Virus record (IMG/VR): IMGVR_UViG_3300030330_001508
Coordinates: 1 to 41,358 of that record
Origin: a virus
Lineage: Duplodnaviria > Caudoviricetes
Length of the DNA: 41,358 nt
Direction: 5' to 3' (one strand)
The notes under the pieces were generated by a model. It worked only from the letters and a program-made list of their open reading frames with translations, was not told the DNA's origin and searched no databases. Positions 1 through 9,491 of this stretch are shown piece by piece (positions within the stretch are counted from its first letter, which is position 1; every line of letters starts with the position of its first letter). The position numbers and the translations under genes were made by a program.

Positions 1-1
1 C

Positions 2-688
2 TTTATCAATTGTGGTGGTGATATTGATGTAGTGGGAGCATTTTCTATATCTTTTTGGTTTAACGCTGATAATTTTAGTGCAACACCAAGAAATTTTGTT
101 CATCAAGGTACTGGATTTTTTGGTACATCTTTTCTTAATGCAGGGAGGTTAATGTATCAAGGGCAAGGTTCTGGTTCTAACAATTTAGAAACTCAAACTG
201 ATTTATCTACAGGAGTTTGGCATCACGCAGTTTTAACTGTATCTGGAACTAATGCAGGTGATGGTGCAATATATGTAAATGGTTCAAGAGATGATGATGG
301 AGCTTCAACTGTTTTTATGAACGCAGGTGATTTTGTAATTGGTAAAAATCCCGATGCCTCAAATAGGTATATGGATGGAAAGATTACTCAAGTTGCTATA
401 TACAATAAAGCACTTACAAGTACAGAAGTATCTGGAATTTATGATTTAGGCAGACACGGTAATCTTTTAGATAGTTACTCAGATAATCTAAAAGGTTATT
501 GGGTTATGGGTGGCTTAGATAGCAAAACAGGACTTGCAGACACAGATAGCACTATATATGATAGAAGTGGTAACAGTAATCACGGCACAACAAGTGGTAC
601 TGCCACAGGAGACTTAAAATCACCACCAAACGCAGAACCAGAGGGTTATGCAAAAGGTGATACTAATCGTTCAACAACAACACCTTAA
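2..688 (+). CDS. LamG/concanavalin-A-like receptor-binding (tail fibre) protein, C-terminal part (5' truncated; probably the end of the gene starting at 39862)
   Basis: Frame is open from base 2 (FINCGGDIDVVGAFSISFWF). LamG motifs present: FSISFWF, WHHAVLT, IYVNG, GKITQVAIYNKALT, then DRSGNSNHGT. Confidence 0.85.
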   Translation, partial: FINCGGDIDVVGAFSISFWFNADNFSATPRNFVHQGTGFFGTSFLNAGRLMYQGQGSGSNNLETQTDLSTGVWHHAVLTVSGTNAGDGAIYVNGSRDDDGASTVFMNAGDFVIGKNPDASNRYMDGKITQVAIYNKALTSTEVSGIYDLGRHGNLLDSYSDNLKGYWVMGGLDSKTGLADTDSTIYDRSGNSNHGTTSGTATGDLKSPPNAEPEGYAKGDTNRSTTTP

Positions 689-699
689 AGGAAATAATT

Positions 700-1128
700 A
701 TGAGTGAAGAAGTAACAAATAGATGGTCAGATGACTATAGTGGTAGGTGGGTAAACAGGGCATATATGATTGTGCCTGTAGCTGATATTGATTCAGCAGA
801 TGCACCTACAGATTCAAATACAATCGCAGAAATAAAATCTTGGATGGATAGCTACAGCTATGATTATACAAGCTCTATGAGCAAATCAGAACTATTAGAA
901 GCTATTCCCGTATCTAATGCTTTAATAGATAATGCAATACAATCAAGCAAAGAAACACTTAGAAAAAACAATGGAGATGATGGAGATAGTTCTAAAGCAT
1001 TACTAAAGTTTGCTTGTGACAATGATACAGATAATGACCCAAGTGTATTTAGTTTATACGACAAATATTCACACGCTCAGATAATGACAATATTATCTGG
1101 AGCAGAATGGACATCAAACATTGAATGA
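700..1128 (+). CDS. Fibre-associated hypothetical protein (possible chaperone) with internal HeH/SAP-like helical insert
   Basis: SD AAGGA upstream; follows the fibre gene; TIAEIKSWMDSYSYDYTSSMSKSELLEAI resembles a helix-extension-helix motif. Confidence 0.6.
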   Translation: MSEEVTNRWSDDYSGRWVNRAYMIVPVADIDSADAPTDSNTIAEIKSWMDSYSYDYTSSMSKSELLEAIPVSNALIDNAIQSSKETLRKNNGDDGDSSKALLKFACDNDTDNDPSVFSLYDKYSHAQIMTILSGAEWTSNIE

Positions 1129-1240
1129 TGATTGGAAAGATTATCTTAGTATAATATTATTTTTAATAGTTATACTTGGGGGGTTAGTAATCCTTGGAAG
1201 TTGTGATAGTGGATGGTCTATTGTTGGTTATGAGGTATGA
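1121..1240 (+). CDS. Small membrane peptide / possible lipoprotein (39 aa, MNDDWKDYLSIIIFLIVILGGLVILGSCDSGWSIVGYEV)
   Basis: Read manually; TTG start overlapping the previous gene, hydrophobic stretch ending in lipobox-like LGSC, ATGA overlap with the next gene. Confidence 0.55.
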   Translation: MNDDWKDYLSIILFLIVILGGLVILGSCDSGWSIVGYEV

Positions 1241-1566
1241 GTAATGCCAAACCTAAAACGGCAAGGAGCTATCGTGGAGCTATGGTCGATGACAACGCTA
1301 TTATATCTATTAATATTAAATGGCTTATTCAGTCAGTTGTGGTTATCGCTGGACTTGTTTATTCGTACGTACAAGTTGAAAATAGAATTAAAGAACTTGA
1401 ACGAAGAGTGGAACTTGCTGATACTAACATTGAAGAACTTGTCAATAAACATATAGCAGAAGAAGAAGTAAAAATAAGTAAAATGCAAGAACAATTAGAA
1501 TGGTACGAAACAGAATTAAATTTAAACCCTTTAAGCTGGGGAAAGAAAAAAAAGAGAAAAAAATAA
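1237..1566 (+). CDS. Membrane-anchored coiled-coil protein (lysis region; holin/spanin candidate)
   Basis: One TM segment (WLIQSVVVIAGLVYSYV), then coiled coil and a basic tail. Confidence 0.6.
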   Translation: MSNAKPKTARSYRGAMVDDNAIISINIKWLIQSVVVIAGLVYSYVQVENRIKELERRVELADTNIEELVNKHIAEEEVKISKMQEQLEWYETELNLNPLSWGKKKKRKK

Positions 1567-1630
1567 TCTTAACAGAAGATGATTTTAATCATAACTATTT
1601 TATGAATCGTGAAACAAGAAGAAAGAAATA

Positions 1631-1948
1631 ATGAATTTTTTAGAAGTTTACAGCGAAGCGGGTATGATAGGTGTCGTAGGGGCTTTATTAGTGTTTATGG
1701 TTTACTCTATGAACAAAAGAGGGTCTGCGCAGGAAGAAAGTTTAAGAGACTTGAAAACAGAAAATAGAGGACAAAGTGAAACACTTGAAAATATGGAGGG
1801 TATGGTTATTAAACTTATTAGCCGTTGGAATCAGAGTGACGACAAGTTGGACAGAAAGTTTGATTCACTTACGAAGGAAATTAATGATTTGGATAATCAA
1901 ATATCGGAAATAAAAGGAGTGATAAGTAGATTAAATGGCAAACACTAA
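1631..1948 (+). CDS. Holin-like membrane protein
   Basis: N-terminal TM (AGMIGVVGALLVFMVY) plus coiled coil, upstream of the endolysin. Confidence 0.55.
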   Translation: MNFLEVYSEAGMIGVVGALLVFMVYSMNKRGSAQEESLRDLKTENRGQSETLENMEGMVIKLISRWNQSDDKLDRKFDSLTKEINDLDNQISEIKGVISRLNGKH

Positions 1949-2234
1949 AAGAAAAAAACGTGACCCAAAGCTTGTACGTGCTGGTGTATCAGGTTATAAT
2001 AAACCTAAACGTACACCTAATCATCCCAAGAAATCACACGTAGTAGTAGCTAAAGTAGGAGATAAAACAAAACTAATACGTTTTGGTCAGCAAGGAGTAC
2101 GTGGTGCTGGTAAAAATCCTAAGTCAAAAAAAGATAAAGCAAGACGTAAATCGTATTATGCTAGACATAATGCACAAGACCGCAACCCTAGCAAACTATC
2201 AGCTAGGTATTGGTCACATAAAGTTAAATGGTAG
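1935..2234 (+). CDS. Small basic protein (KTKLIRFGQQG...RRKSYYARH...SARYWSHKVKW type)
   Basis: 99 aa, K/R-rich; motif pattern resembles small basic proteins of aquatic phages and large algal viruses (recollection, unverified). Confidence 0.75.
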   Translation: MANTKRKKRDPKLVRAGVSGYNKPKRTPNHPKKSHVVVAKVGDKTKLIRFGQQGVRGAGKNPKSKKDKARRKSYYARHNAQDRNPSKLSARYWSHKVKW

Positions 2235-2242
2235 GAGATAAT

Positions 2243-2365
2243 ATGCCGAGTAAAAAATATAGTAAGAAACAAAAAAAATTAGCTAGAGTTGCACCACCAC
2301 GTAATAAAATTACTGGTGCTGATTTTAGAAAATTAAAAAAACGTAAGAAAAGAAAGAAAAAATAA
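2243..2365 (+). CDS. Tiny basic peptide (40 aa, MPSKKYSKKQKKLARVAPPRNKITGADFRKLKKRKKRKKK)
   Basis: Read manually; SD AGGAG upstream of ATG, TAATG coupling to the next gene; fills the gap in the ORF track. Confidence 0.75.
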   Translation: MPSKKYSKKQKKLARVAPPRNKITGADFRKLKKRKKRKKK

Positions 2366-2568
2366 TGGCAATAAAACAAAAATCTAAAGCACCTAAATCA
2401 GTTAAAGGTATTTCTATGGCTGGTTTAACTTCTAGACAAGCTAATGCTATGAAAAGACACTCAAAGCATCATACAGCTAAACATATTAGAGCTATGGCTG
2501 TAGCAATGAGAAAAGGTAAAACTTTTACTCAGTCTCATAAAATGGCTCAGAAAAAAGTTGGTAAATAG
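2365..2568 (+). CDS. Small basic protein (67 aa)
   Basis: K/R/H-rich; translationally coupled on both sides. Confidence 0.75.
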   Translation: MAIKQKSKAPKSVKGISMAGLTSRQANAMKRHSKHHTAKHIRAMAVAMRKGKTFTQSHKMAQKKVGK

Positions 2569-2804
2569 TGCCTAGAAAATTTAAAAAAGTTGCTAAAACA
2601 AAACGTGGAGTTCCAAAGAAATACGTAAAAGGTTCTAAAAATAAACGTAAAACTGAATCAGAAATAATTAAGACTAGAAAATTGTACAAAGCTGGTAAAT
2701 TAACACCAGCTATGATGGACAAAATATCAAAGCAAAGGAGTAAAAGTGCCAAGAAAAAAAGTCGCAAAAAGAAAACCAGCAAGAAAAAAATCAGGCGGAG
2801 GTAA
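2568..2804 (+). CDS. Small basic protein (78 aa, VPKKYVKG motif)
   Basis: Extremely K/R-rich; GTG start overlaps the previous stop. Confidence 0.7.
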   Translation: MPRKFKKVAKTKRGVPKKYVKGSKNKRKTESEIIKTRKLYKAGKLTPAMMDKISKQRSKSAKKKSRKKKTSKKKIRRR

Positions 2805-3048
2805 AGCTGCCGTATTATCTAAATATTCTAAAAGTTCTGGTATATCAAAATCTACGTTATCAAAAGTATATCAACGTGGATTAGGAGCTTACTACTCAAG
2901 TGGTTCTAGACCAGGCGTATCTGCTCATCAATGGGCAGCAGGACGTGTACGTAGTTTTGCAACAGGTAAAGGTGGTGCTAGAAAAGCAGATAAAGATTTA
3001 ATAAGAGGTGGTAAGAAAAAAACTACTAGAAGAAAAAAGAAAAAGTGA
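2746..3048 (+). CDS. Small basic protein, DUF5824-like (VYQRGLGAYYSSGSRPGVSAHQWAAGRVRSF)
   Basis: SD AAGGAG before GTG; motif recalled from the DUF5824-type viral family. Confidence 0.7.
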   Translation: MPRKKVAKRKPARKKSGGGKAAVLSKYSKSSGISKSTLSKVYQRGLGAYYSSGSRPGVSAHQWAAGRVRSFATGKGGARKADKDLIRGGKKKTTRRKKKK

Positions 3049-3281
3049 AACTAAATACAAATATATCTATTGAAAATATTATAACAATTATTACGTTAAT
3101 ATGTTCCGTAATACTTGCTTTTGGTTTTATGCAATATGATATAGATGCAATACGTAAAGAGTTAGAAAGTAAAGCAAACGTAAGAGAAATAGTTGCTGAT
3201 AGAGAATTGATAGCTTATAAACTTGATGTAATAATGCAAGACATTGCAGAAATAAAACAAACCTTAAAGGAGAATAAATAA
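3045..3281 (+). CDS. Membrane-anchored protein (holin candidate)
   Basis: TM IITIITLICSVILAFGFM plus short coiled coil, two genes before the endolysin. Confidence 0.6.
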   Translation: MKLNTNISIENIITIITLICSVILAFGFMQYDIDAIRKELESKANVREIVADRELIAYKLDVIMQDIAEIKQTLKENK

Positions 3282-3508
3282 TGGATTTTAAAAAAATTAT
3301 GTTAGCAGTAGCTGAACAACAAGCTGACCAATTTAAACAAAAAGCAGTAGAGTGGGTTCAATCTGAAGAATTTCAAGAAGAACTTGCTACTAAAATAAAT
3401 AAAAAAATTGACATACCATTTGTATCAGAAGATAAAGAACAGATATTTTTTGAAAAGTGTGTTGATTTAGTTGCTGATGTTATTGAAGGATTATTTAAAG
3501 AAAAATAA
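3281..3508 (+). CDS. Hypothetical protein
   Basis: SD AAGGAG; coupled to the endolysin by TAATG. Confidence 0.7.
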   Translation: MDFKKIMLAVAEQQADQFKQKAVEWVQSEEFQEELATKINKKIDIPFVSEDKEQIFFEKCVDLVADVIEGLFKEK

Positions 3509-3888
3509 TGTATAAGTTTGGTAAAAGGTCTAAGCAAAGATTAAAAGGTGTTGATGCTAAACTTGTAAATGTACTTAACGAACTTATTAAAATTATGGAC
3601 GTAACAATTATTGAAGGTTTACGTACGCAAGAAAGACAAAATAAATTAGTAAAACAAGGTGCAAGTAAAACAAAGTTTTCTAAACATATTGAAGGTAAAG
3701 CTGTAGATGTAGCACCATATCCTATTGATTGGAAAGATAGAGACAGATTTCATTATATGGGTGGAATGATACGTGGAATTGCTAAACAATTAAATGTTTC
3801 TGTACGTTGGGGCGGAGACTGGGATGGTGATGGCGAAACAAAAGATAATCGTTTTGATGATTTAGTTCACGTAGAAATAAAAGAATAA
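3508..3888 (+). CDS. Endolysin, M15-family L-Ala-D-Glu peptidase (T5-lysin-like)
   Basis: EGLRTQERQ, SKH..GKAVD, WGGDW and DLVHVE zinc-peptidase motifs. Confidence 0.92.
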   Translation: MYKFGKRSKQRLKGVDAKLVNVLNELIKIMDVTIIEGLRTQERQNKLVKQGASKTKFSKHIEGKAVDVAPYPIDWKDRDRFHYMGGMIRGIAKQLNVSVRWGGDWDGDGETKDNRFDDLVHVEIKE

Positions 3889-3892
3889 CGTA

Positions 3893-4324
3893 ATGGCTAA
3901 ACAAAAATTAATTATACGTGATTTTTCAGGTGGTATGAATACAAAACGTGACCCTAGAGATATAGCTGATAATGAATCTAGTTATATGAATAACTTTTCT
4001 ATTGATGCTATTGGTAAACTTAAAACTGCTGGTGGATTTTATGACCATATAGAATCAAATGATGGTTCTACTAATTTAACAGAATATATATCTAATACTA
4101 ATTTTGTAAATTTAAAAGACTTTAGTGATGCAACTATTAACGCTGGTGGTTTTGGTGCTTTTTATTTTGAGTCAGACCACGGATTAAGTAATGAACAAAC
4201 CATAACAGAAACTATATCTGGAACTGTTTTGGCTATTGGCACAGGTGATGGTCAAATAAGTTTTAATAAAGTATCTACAAAAGAAGATGAACCTCCATAT
4301 ATTCCTGTAACAAATACTGAGTAA
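3893..4324 (+). CDS. Tail nozzle/stabilisation protein, N-terminal piece
   Basis: IRDFSGGMNTKRDPRDIADNE...GKLK is the typical start of podoviral nozzle (P22 gp10/T7 gp12-type) proteins. Confidence 0.7.
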   Translation: MAKQKLIIRDFSGGMNTKRDPRDIADNESSYMNNFSIDAIGKLKTAGGFYDHIESNDGSTNLTEYISNTNFVNLKDFSDATINAGGFGAFYFESDHGLSNEQTITETISGTVLAIGTGDGQISFNKVSTKEDEPPYIPVTNTE

Positions 4325-4326
4325 CT

Positions 4327-6897
4327 ATGGCTATACCTAAAAAACAATATATGAAACTAACAGATGGTGATGATGGTACTGCAAGTGACATATATAAAGA
4401 TGGTGTACGTGTTCAAAATAGAATAAAAATTGGAGACACGTTAAAAATTAGTGGTACTGCTAGTAACAACGGTATATTTTCTGTTTCTTCTATAGTTGTT
4501 GATGGTACTGATGTTTACTACGTATTAAAAGGTAGGGCAATTACGAATGAAACTTCTTCTGCTGGAAGTACAGACCCGCAGATAGAAGTTATTAGACCAA
4601 CAGGAGATAAACTTTGTGTAATAGGTGCTGGTGGAGAAGGCGGAGGTATAAAAGCTTGGTCTACTAATAATACTACAGACCCATCAAGTAGAAATAATGG
4701 ATGGACTACTGATGCTATACAGCCTACTATTGGAGTAAAAGGTTTACCTGCAAAGTATATATATTTTTTTATTGATAATGCATTACGTAGTTGCAATATA
4801 AATCCACAATCAGAAGCATTAATTAAATGGTTTGGATTTATACAACGTGACCAGTTTGGTAATGCTGATGATAACAGTATTACTGCAAAATTTTCAGAGT
4901 GGCAAGAACATCCCAATACGTTATCTCCTCCAAAAATTACGGGAGAATATACATTTGCTTACGCAACAACAAATTTTACAGCATCTACAGCTACAAACTA
5001 TTATCAAAATAATCGTGGCGTAGCTATTGCTAAAAAAAATAGTACTAGTGATTTAAGATTAAATCATACACCCGGAACTACTGTTACTACGTTAGTATTT
5101 GAAGATGATGGTGGTGGCGGTACTCCAGCTGAAGTATTAGACCAATCAACTGTAGGTGAAGTTATAACTATAGCAACTGCACTAGGAACTGTTCCTAATG
5201 AATATTTATTTTGCACAAAACCAGCAGGTTCTAATGGTACGTCTAATATTTATCAAAGAAGTTATGGTGGTAAAATTATTGGTACTGCACCTGATAGTTT
5301 GCAAGACCAAGATACTCCAATATTAGAAAGAGGTTTAGGTTGGAACATTGCTGTAAGTGATGGAACATCTGATGGAGATTGGTTAGCAGATACGTATGAG
5401 TTTTATCAAACATTTGTATATGATGGCAATCAAGAATCATTACCAGTTCAAATGGGTAATGGTGCATCTACTATTGCTACGTTTGAACATACAGCATCTG
5501 GAGGTAAATCGTTACGTGTTGCTGTATATACTGACGTAGTTTATAGTGGTAGAATATCTGGTGGTAGAATATATATAAAACGTGCCAAATCAGATGATGA
5601 ACTTACGTTATTATTAGATATAGATATAGTTCAAGGAGTTAGAAGTTCTCTTACGGGAGATTTTTCTACTTGGTCTTATCAAGCTGGTAAAGGTTTTTAT
5701 TTTATACCAGATGCGGCAGGTAATTGTAAAGAACCAAATATAGATACGTATACAACTATAAATGGTTTTTCTAATCAAACAAAGTTTATATCTATTGGTA
5801 AAACAAATGAATTATATAAAGACGTAGTAGTTGCAAATAGAAGAGCTTTTATTGTAAACGTAAGAACATCTGGATATACAGGAGAACTAGAAACATTTGG
5901 CGATAGGTTAATGTTTAGTGAAATAAATAGATTTGATACATTTTTAGAAAGCAATTTTATTGATGTATCTAAAGGGGATTACGGTGAATACGTAGCAATA
6001 AAAACATTTGCTGATAGACTTATTGCGTATAAACACAATCTTGTACATATAATAAATATAGCTAGTCCTAATCCTGCTAATTGGTATTTAGAAGATACAC
6101 TACGTTATGGTGGTATTAATTTTAAATATAGTGCTACAAATACTAAGTATGGTATAGCGTGGGTATCAGATACAGGATGTTATTTATATGATGGCAATCA
6201 AGTTACTAACTTAATTGAAAGAAAATTAGGAGTTAATGAAGAAACAAGCGGAGAAAATGCTATAATAAAATGGGCTGATTTTATAAATGGTTCTTCAAAT
6301 GTAAAAGATGCTATGATAGGATATGAACCTATGAGTAATTCTTTAATTATAGTACGTAGTCCTTCTGATAGTAGTGATACTAGTAATGAAGGATATATAT
6401 ATGATTTTAATACAGGAGGTTGGTCGCATTCATCTAGTTTAATTGGTGATAGTAATGTTATTAGTAATTTTTTTCACGATTGGAATAACAACTTGTGCGT
6501 TTTCTTTAATACAACGGAAGATGAAACTGATATAAAAAAATATTTACCAGTACCATTAGCAACTACCGCTCAAGAATTAGTTACAAGAGACATAGATTTT
6601 GGTGACCCATCTACAGTAAAAAAAATATATGCAGTAACTATTACATATAAAACATCAGCAAATCAAACAATTACATTACTACATTCTAAAAATGGTAAAA
6701 AAAGTTTTTCTACATTTAAACAAGAAACTTTATCTACTTCTTCAGATTATGATGTAAAAACATTTACAAGTTCAACACCAGTACAGGCAGGTAGTATACA
6801 ATTTAAATTTATTTTACCTAATAGTGGTACATTTGAAATAAATGAAATGTCAATAGAGTACAGAGTAATACGTAATAAAACAGTATCTGATGGCTAG
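4327..6897 (+). CDS. Tail nozzle / tail tubular protein B, main piece (856 aa)
   Basis: Beta-rich; C-terminal TRDIDFGDPSTVKKIY...FEINEMSIEYR is typical of nozzle proteins; lies before the ejection genes. Confidence 0.75.
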   Translation: MAIPKKQYMKLTDGDDGTASDIYKDGVRVQNRIKIGDTLKISGTASNNGIFSVSSIVVDGTDVYYVLKGRAITNETSSAGSTDPQIEVIRPTGDKLCVIGAGGEGGGIKAWSTNNTTDPSSRNNGWTTDAIQPTIGVKGLPAKYIYFFIDNALRSCNINPQSEALIKWFGFIQRDQFGNADDNSITAKFSEWQEHPNTLSPPKITGEYTFAYATTNFTASTATNYYQNNRGVAIAKKNSTSDLRLNHTPGTTVTTLVFEDDGGGGTPAEVLDQSTVGEVITIATALGTVPNEYLFCTKPAGSNGTSNIYQRSYGGKIIGTAPDSLQDQDTPILERGLGWNIAVSDGTSDGDWLADTYEFYQTFVYDGNQESLPVQMGNGASTIATFEHTASGGKSLRVAVYTDVVYSGRISGGRIYIKRAKSDDELTLLLDIDIVQGVRSSLTGDFSTWSYQAGKGFYFIPDAAGNCKEPNIDTYTTINGFSNQTKFISIGKTNELYKDVVVANRRAFIVNVRTSGYTGELETFGDRLMFSEINRFDTFLESNFIDVSKGDYGEYVAIKTFADRLIAYKHNLVHIINIASPNPANWYLEDTLRYGGINFKYSATNTKYGIAWVSDTGCYLYDGNQVTNLIERKLGVNEETSGENAIIKWADFINGSSNVKDAMIGYEPMSNSLIIVRSPSDSSDTSNEGYIYDFNTGGWSHSSSLIGDSNVISNFFHDWNNNLCVFFNTTEDETDIKKYLPVPLATTAQELVTRDIDFGDPSTVKKIYAVTITYKTSANQTITLLHSKNGKKSFSTFKQETLSTSSDYDVKTFTSSTPVQAGSIQFKFILPNSGTFEINEMSIEYRVIRNKTVSDG

Positions 6898-7579
6898 TAG
6901 AGAAATACGTAGAATAATAAATACTAAACAAGATTCATTAGAGTCTACAGGCAATCTTTCTATTAACAGTATGGCAGATGGACAAGTATCTATAGGTAAG
7001 TCAACAAATGAATTACTATCTATACGTAAGAAAAAATATGGTAGAGTTTATAAAAGTTATATGACATCTAATGGTAATCAAGTTGTAGATAAAAATCTTA
7101 TAGTGGGCGGTAATTTAGATGTTAAAGGTCACATAACTGGTAGTCAATTTGTATTAATATGCCACAACTTTACTGATACTATTGGTACATCAGAGGTATT
7201 TTTACCTTGGTTTGGAATAAGTGAAGCCTCTAATCTTTCTGGAGTTTCATCATCTTTTTTAACACCATATAAAATGACATTAAAAAAATTAATGATACGA
7301 TTTAGTACTATAACTGATGGTAATTATGATGTGACATTTAGATTAAAGAAAATGGATGACGGAGATAGTACTGTAGATACTGTAGCTACAGCATCTTTAT
7401 CCTCTTTAGCTTTAGCATCAAGAACATTAATAACTGTTAATAGGTCTGATTTTGATAATAATCCAAAGTTTGGAGTAGGTGATAATGCTGGTATTAGTAT
7501 TCAATCTGGCTCAACTTTTAAAAGCTCTGATGTTACATTTACAGCTACATCAGTTTGGGAAGTAGAAATTGTTTTATAA
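6890..7579 (+). CDS. Tail-associated structural protein
   Basis: Overlaps the nozzle stop; beta-rich C-terminal domain, LIVGGNLDVKGHITG fibre-like segment. Confidence 0.6.
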   Translation: MASREIRRIINTKQDSLESTGNLSINSMADGQVSIGKSTNELLSIRKKKYGRVYKSYMTSNGNQVVDKNLIVGGNLDVKGHITGSQFVLICHNFTDTIGTSEVFLPWFGISEASNLSGVSSSFLTPYKMTLKKLMIRFSTITDGNYDVTFRLKKMDDGDSTVDTVATASLSSLALASRTLITVNRSDFDNNPKFGVGDNAGISIQSGSTFKSSDVTFTATSVWEVEIVL

Positions 7580-7607
7580 TTAATTATGAATATTGTATAT
7601 TATATAG
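7573..7607 (+). promoter_or_regulatory. Putative late promoter TTTATA-17-TATATT
   Basis: Shares GTATATTATATA and an upstream TATAATTA with the promoter at 39430-39463; precedes the ejection-protein block. Confidence 0.4.
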
Positions 7608-7628
7608 TAAAAAAGCATAGGTATTTAA

Positions 7629-8720
7629 ATGGCATTACGTACTAGAAGTACATCAGCACGTGCCGCTATAGCAGCATCACGTATTAAACAATCAGAAACA
7701 GAAAGATTGCAATCTGCTATTAAGGATATGGAAAGTGCTATAGAAAAATACAATAAAGATAAACAAAAACGTTCTAATAAAAGAGGTTTATTTAGTGCGC
7801 TTGGTAAACTAGGTAGCATTGTAACTAAAGCTGGTGCATACGTAGGTAATCCTCTTGTAGCTGGAGCTGGTCTTGCTGTAAGTGGAGTATCTGGTTACGC
7901 AGAAGGTTCTTTATCTAAAAAACAAGCAGAAAAAGCAGAAGATATACGTACTGATTTTACTGAACCATTATCTAATTTATTATTTGTAGGTCAAACTGCT
8001 AAAGATGTTCAAAAAGGAGCTGAAAATTTAAAGTCAATAGAAGAACAAGCTACTGATGAACAGTATGCCGCTGATTTATTTAGAATAGGCACAGGACTTG
8101 CTGTACAATCAGTAACGGCAGGTCAAGCAGGTACATTTGGAGAGATTACATCAGATTTTTTAAATAAACCTTTACTTGATTTAGGTGAAGCTCCCGGTGA
8201 AGATGCAGATGCTATGACAAAATTTTTATATAACCAACGTAAGTCTGCTAGTCCTAGCGTAGGACAATTACTTGGTGGCGTAAGTCCAGCGCAACAACAA
8301 ATGGGACAAAATTTTATGGATAATTTTCAAAGTGCAAGTATAGCAAAAAGTAATAAACAATCACTTGATGCATTATCTAGTTTAGGTTCAGAAAGAGCGC
8401 CTAATTTAGGATTCGATATGACGGAAATGTTACAAGAAACTTCAATGGAAATGCCTAGTTTTGATTCTTTATCTCCGGGAATAAGTACATCTAACGTTTT
8501 TCCTAATTTTACTTCTACAATACCTACAGGAACTCAATCTATTGCTCCTTTAAATTTAAATCAAAAACCAATAGACCGTTTTGATTTAATTCAAGATTTA
8601 ATTGGACGTGGTCAATCTATACCATCTCTAATTAATATAAACACAAGACCAAGTAATGTTCAAGATGCTTTTGCTGGATTAACTTCTACTATAAATAGAT
8701 ATAATCAAGGAGGTATGTAG
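7629..8720 (+). CDS. Putative internal virion / ejection protein
   Basis: Gly/Ala-rich hydrophobic helices (NPLVAGAGLAVSGVSG) and low-complexity C-terminus; position after the nozzle. Confidence 0.6.
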   Translation: MALRTRSTSARAAIAASRIKQSETERLQSAIKDMESAIEKYNKDKQKRSNKRGLFSALGKLGSIVTKAGAYVGNPLVAGAGLAVSGVSGYAEGSLSKKQAEKAEDIRTDFTEPLSNLLFVGQTAKDVQKGAENLKSIEEQATDEQYAADLFRIGTGLAVQSVTAGQAGTFGEITSDFLNKPLLDLGEAPGEDADAMTKFLYNQRKSASPSVGQLLGGVSPAQQQMGQNFMDNFQSASIAKSNKQSLDALSSLGSERAPNLGFDMTEMLQETSMEMPSFDSLSPGISTSNVFPNFTSTIPTGTQSIAPLNLNQKPIDRFDLIQDLIGRGQSIPSLININTRPSNVQDAFAGLTSTINRYNQGGM

Positions 8721-8722
8721 CA

Positions 8723-9475
8723 ATGCCACATATGCCCGGACATTCTATGTATAGAAGTGCAGAAGATATATATCAACAAGATTCTGCACAACAACCTAAT
8801 CAAATGTCTACGTCCACTCCTAGTACTGTAAATCCTTATGAATATTATCAAGAATTTACTTCTACTACTCCTACGTATGGGGTAGAACAAGCATATTCAG
8901 ACATAGGTATATCACCTACTTTAGATTTTTTAGGTCAAACAGACCCTGTTACAGGTTTATCTTATGCAGATTTAATACCAGAGTATGACCCATTTAATGA
9001 AGAAATGTTACGTACTAGATTTCGTTCTGGCGTACAAGAAGGTTATCAAGGCGCAGTAGGTCAGTTAAGTGGTATAATGGGGCAAGCCAGACAGCAGTCT
9101 GCACAAGCAGGATTTTTTGGCTCTGGTGCTATACAATCTGCTGTTGATACATCACGTATGGGTTTACAAAATCAATATGGTTCTGCTTTTTCTGATGCAT
9201 TACTAAGTCTTACGTCAGGAATTAGAGGAGAAAGATTAGGTTATCAAGAATCAGTTTCTGATTTACTAACTAGCTTTCAAGAACAATTACCCGGACAAGA
9301 TATTCTAACTACAGAAACAATAGAAGAACAACAACAACAAGAGGTAGGTGAATTAGAGTCTGCATTAACTACTAAAACTACAGAATTTAGAGGTTTTGGT
9401 ATGTTTAGTGATTATGAAAATTCTGGTGTATTACACAGATGGGATGAAGCTCAAGGAAGATACGTACCAACATAA
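8723..9475 (+). CDS. Putative internal virion / pilot protein
   Basis: SD GGAGG; Q/G/S-rich helical segment (QQSAQAGFFGSGA). Confidence 0.6.
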   Translation: MPHMPGHSMYRSAEDIYQQDSAQQPNQMSTSTPSTVNPYEYYQEFTSTTPTYGVEQAYSDIGISPTLDFLGQTDPVTGLSYADLIPEYDPFNEEMLRTRFRSGVQEGYQGAVGQLSGIMGQARQQSAQAGFFGSGAIQSAVDTSRMGLQNQYGSAFSDALLSLTSGIRGERLGYQESVSDLLTSFQEQLPGQDILTTETIEEQQQQEVGELESALTTKTTEFRGFGMFSDYENSGVLHRWDEAQGRYVPT

Positions 9476-9491
9476 TCAATAGGAATAAATT

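Noticed and set aside
1536-1631. 31-aa frame (CTG GGG AAA GAA...) filling the gap between two membrane-protein genes
   Set aside because: Needs a CTG start with no SD; cannot be supported without homologs.
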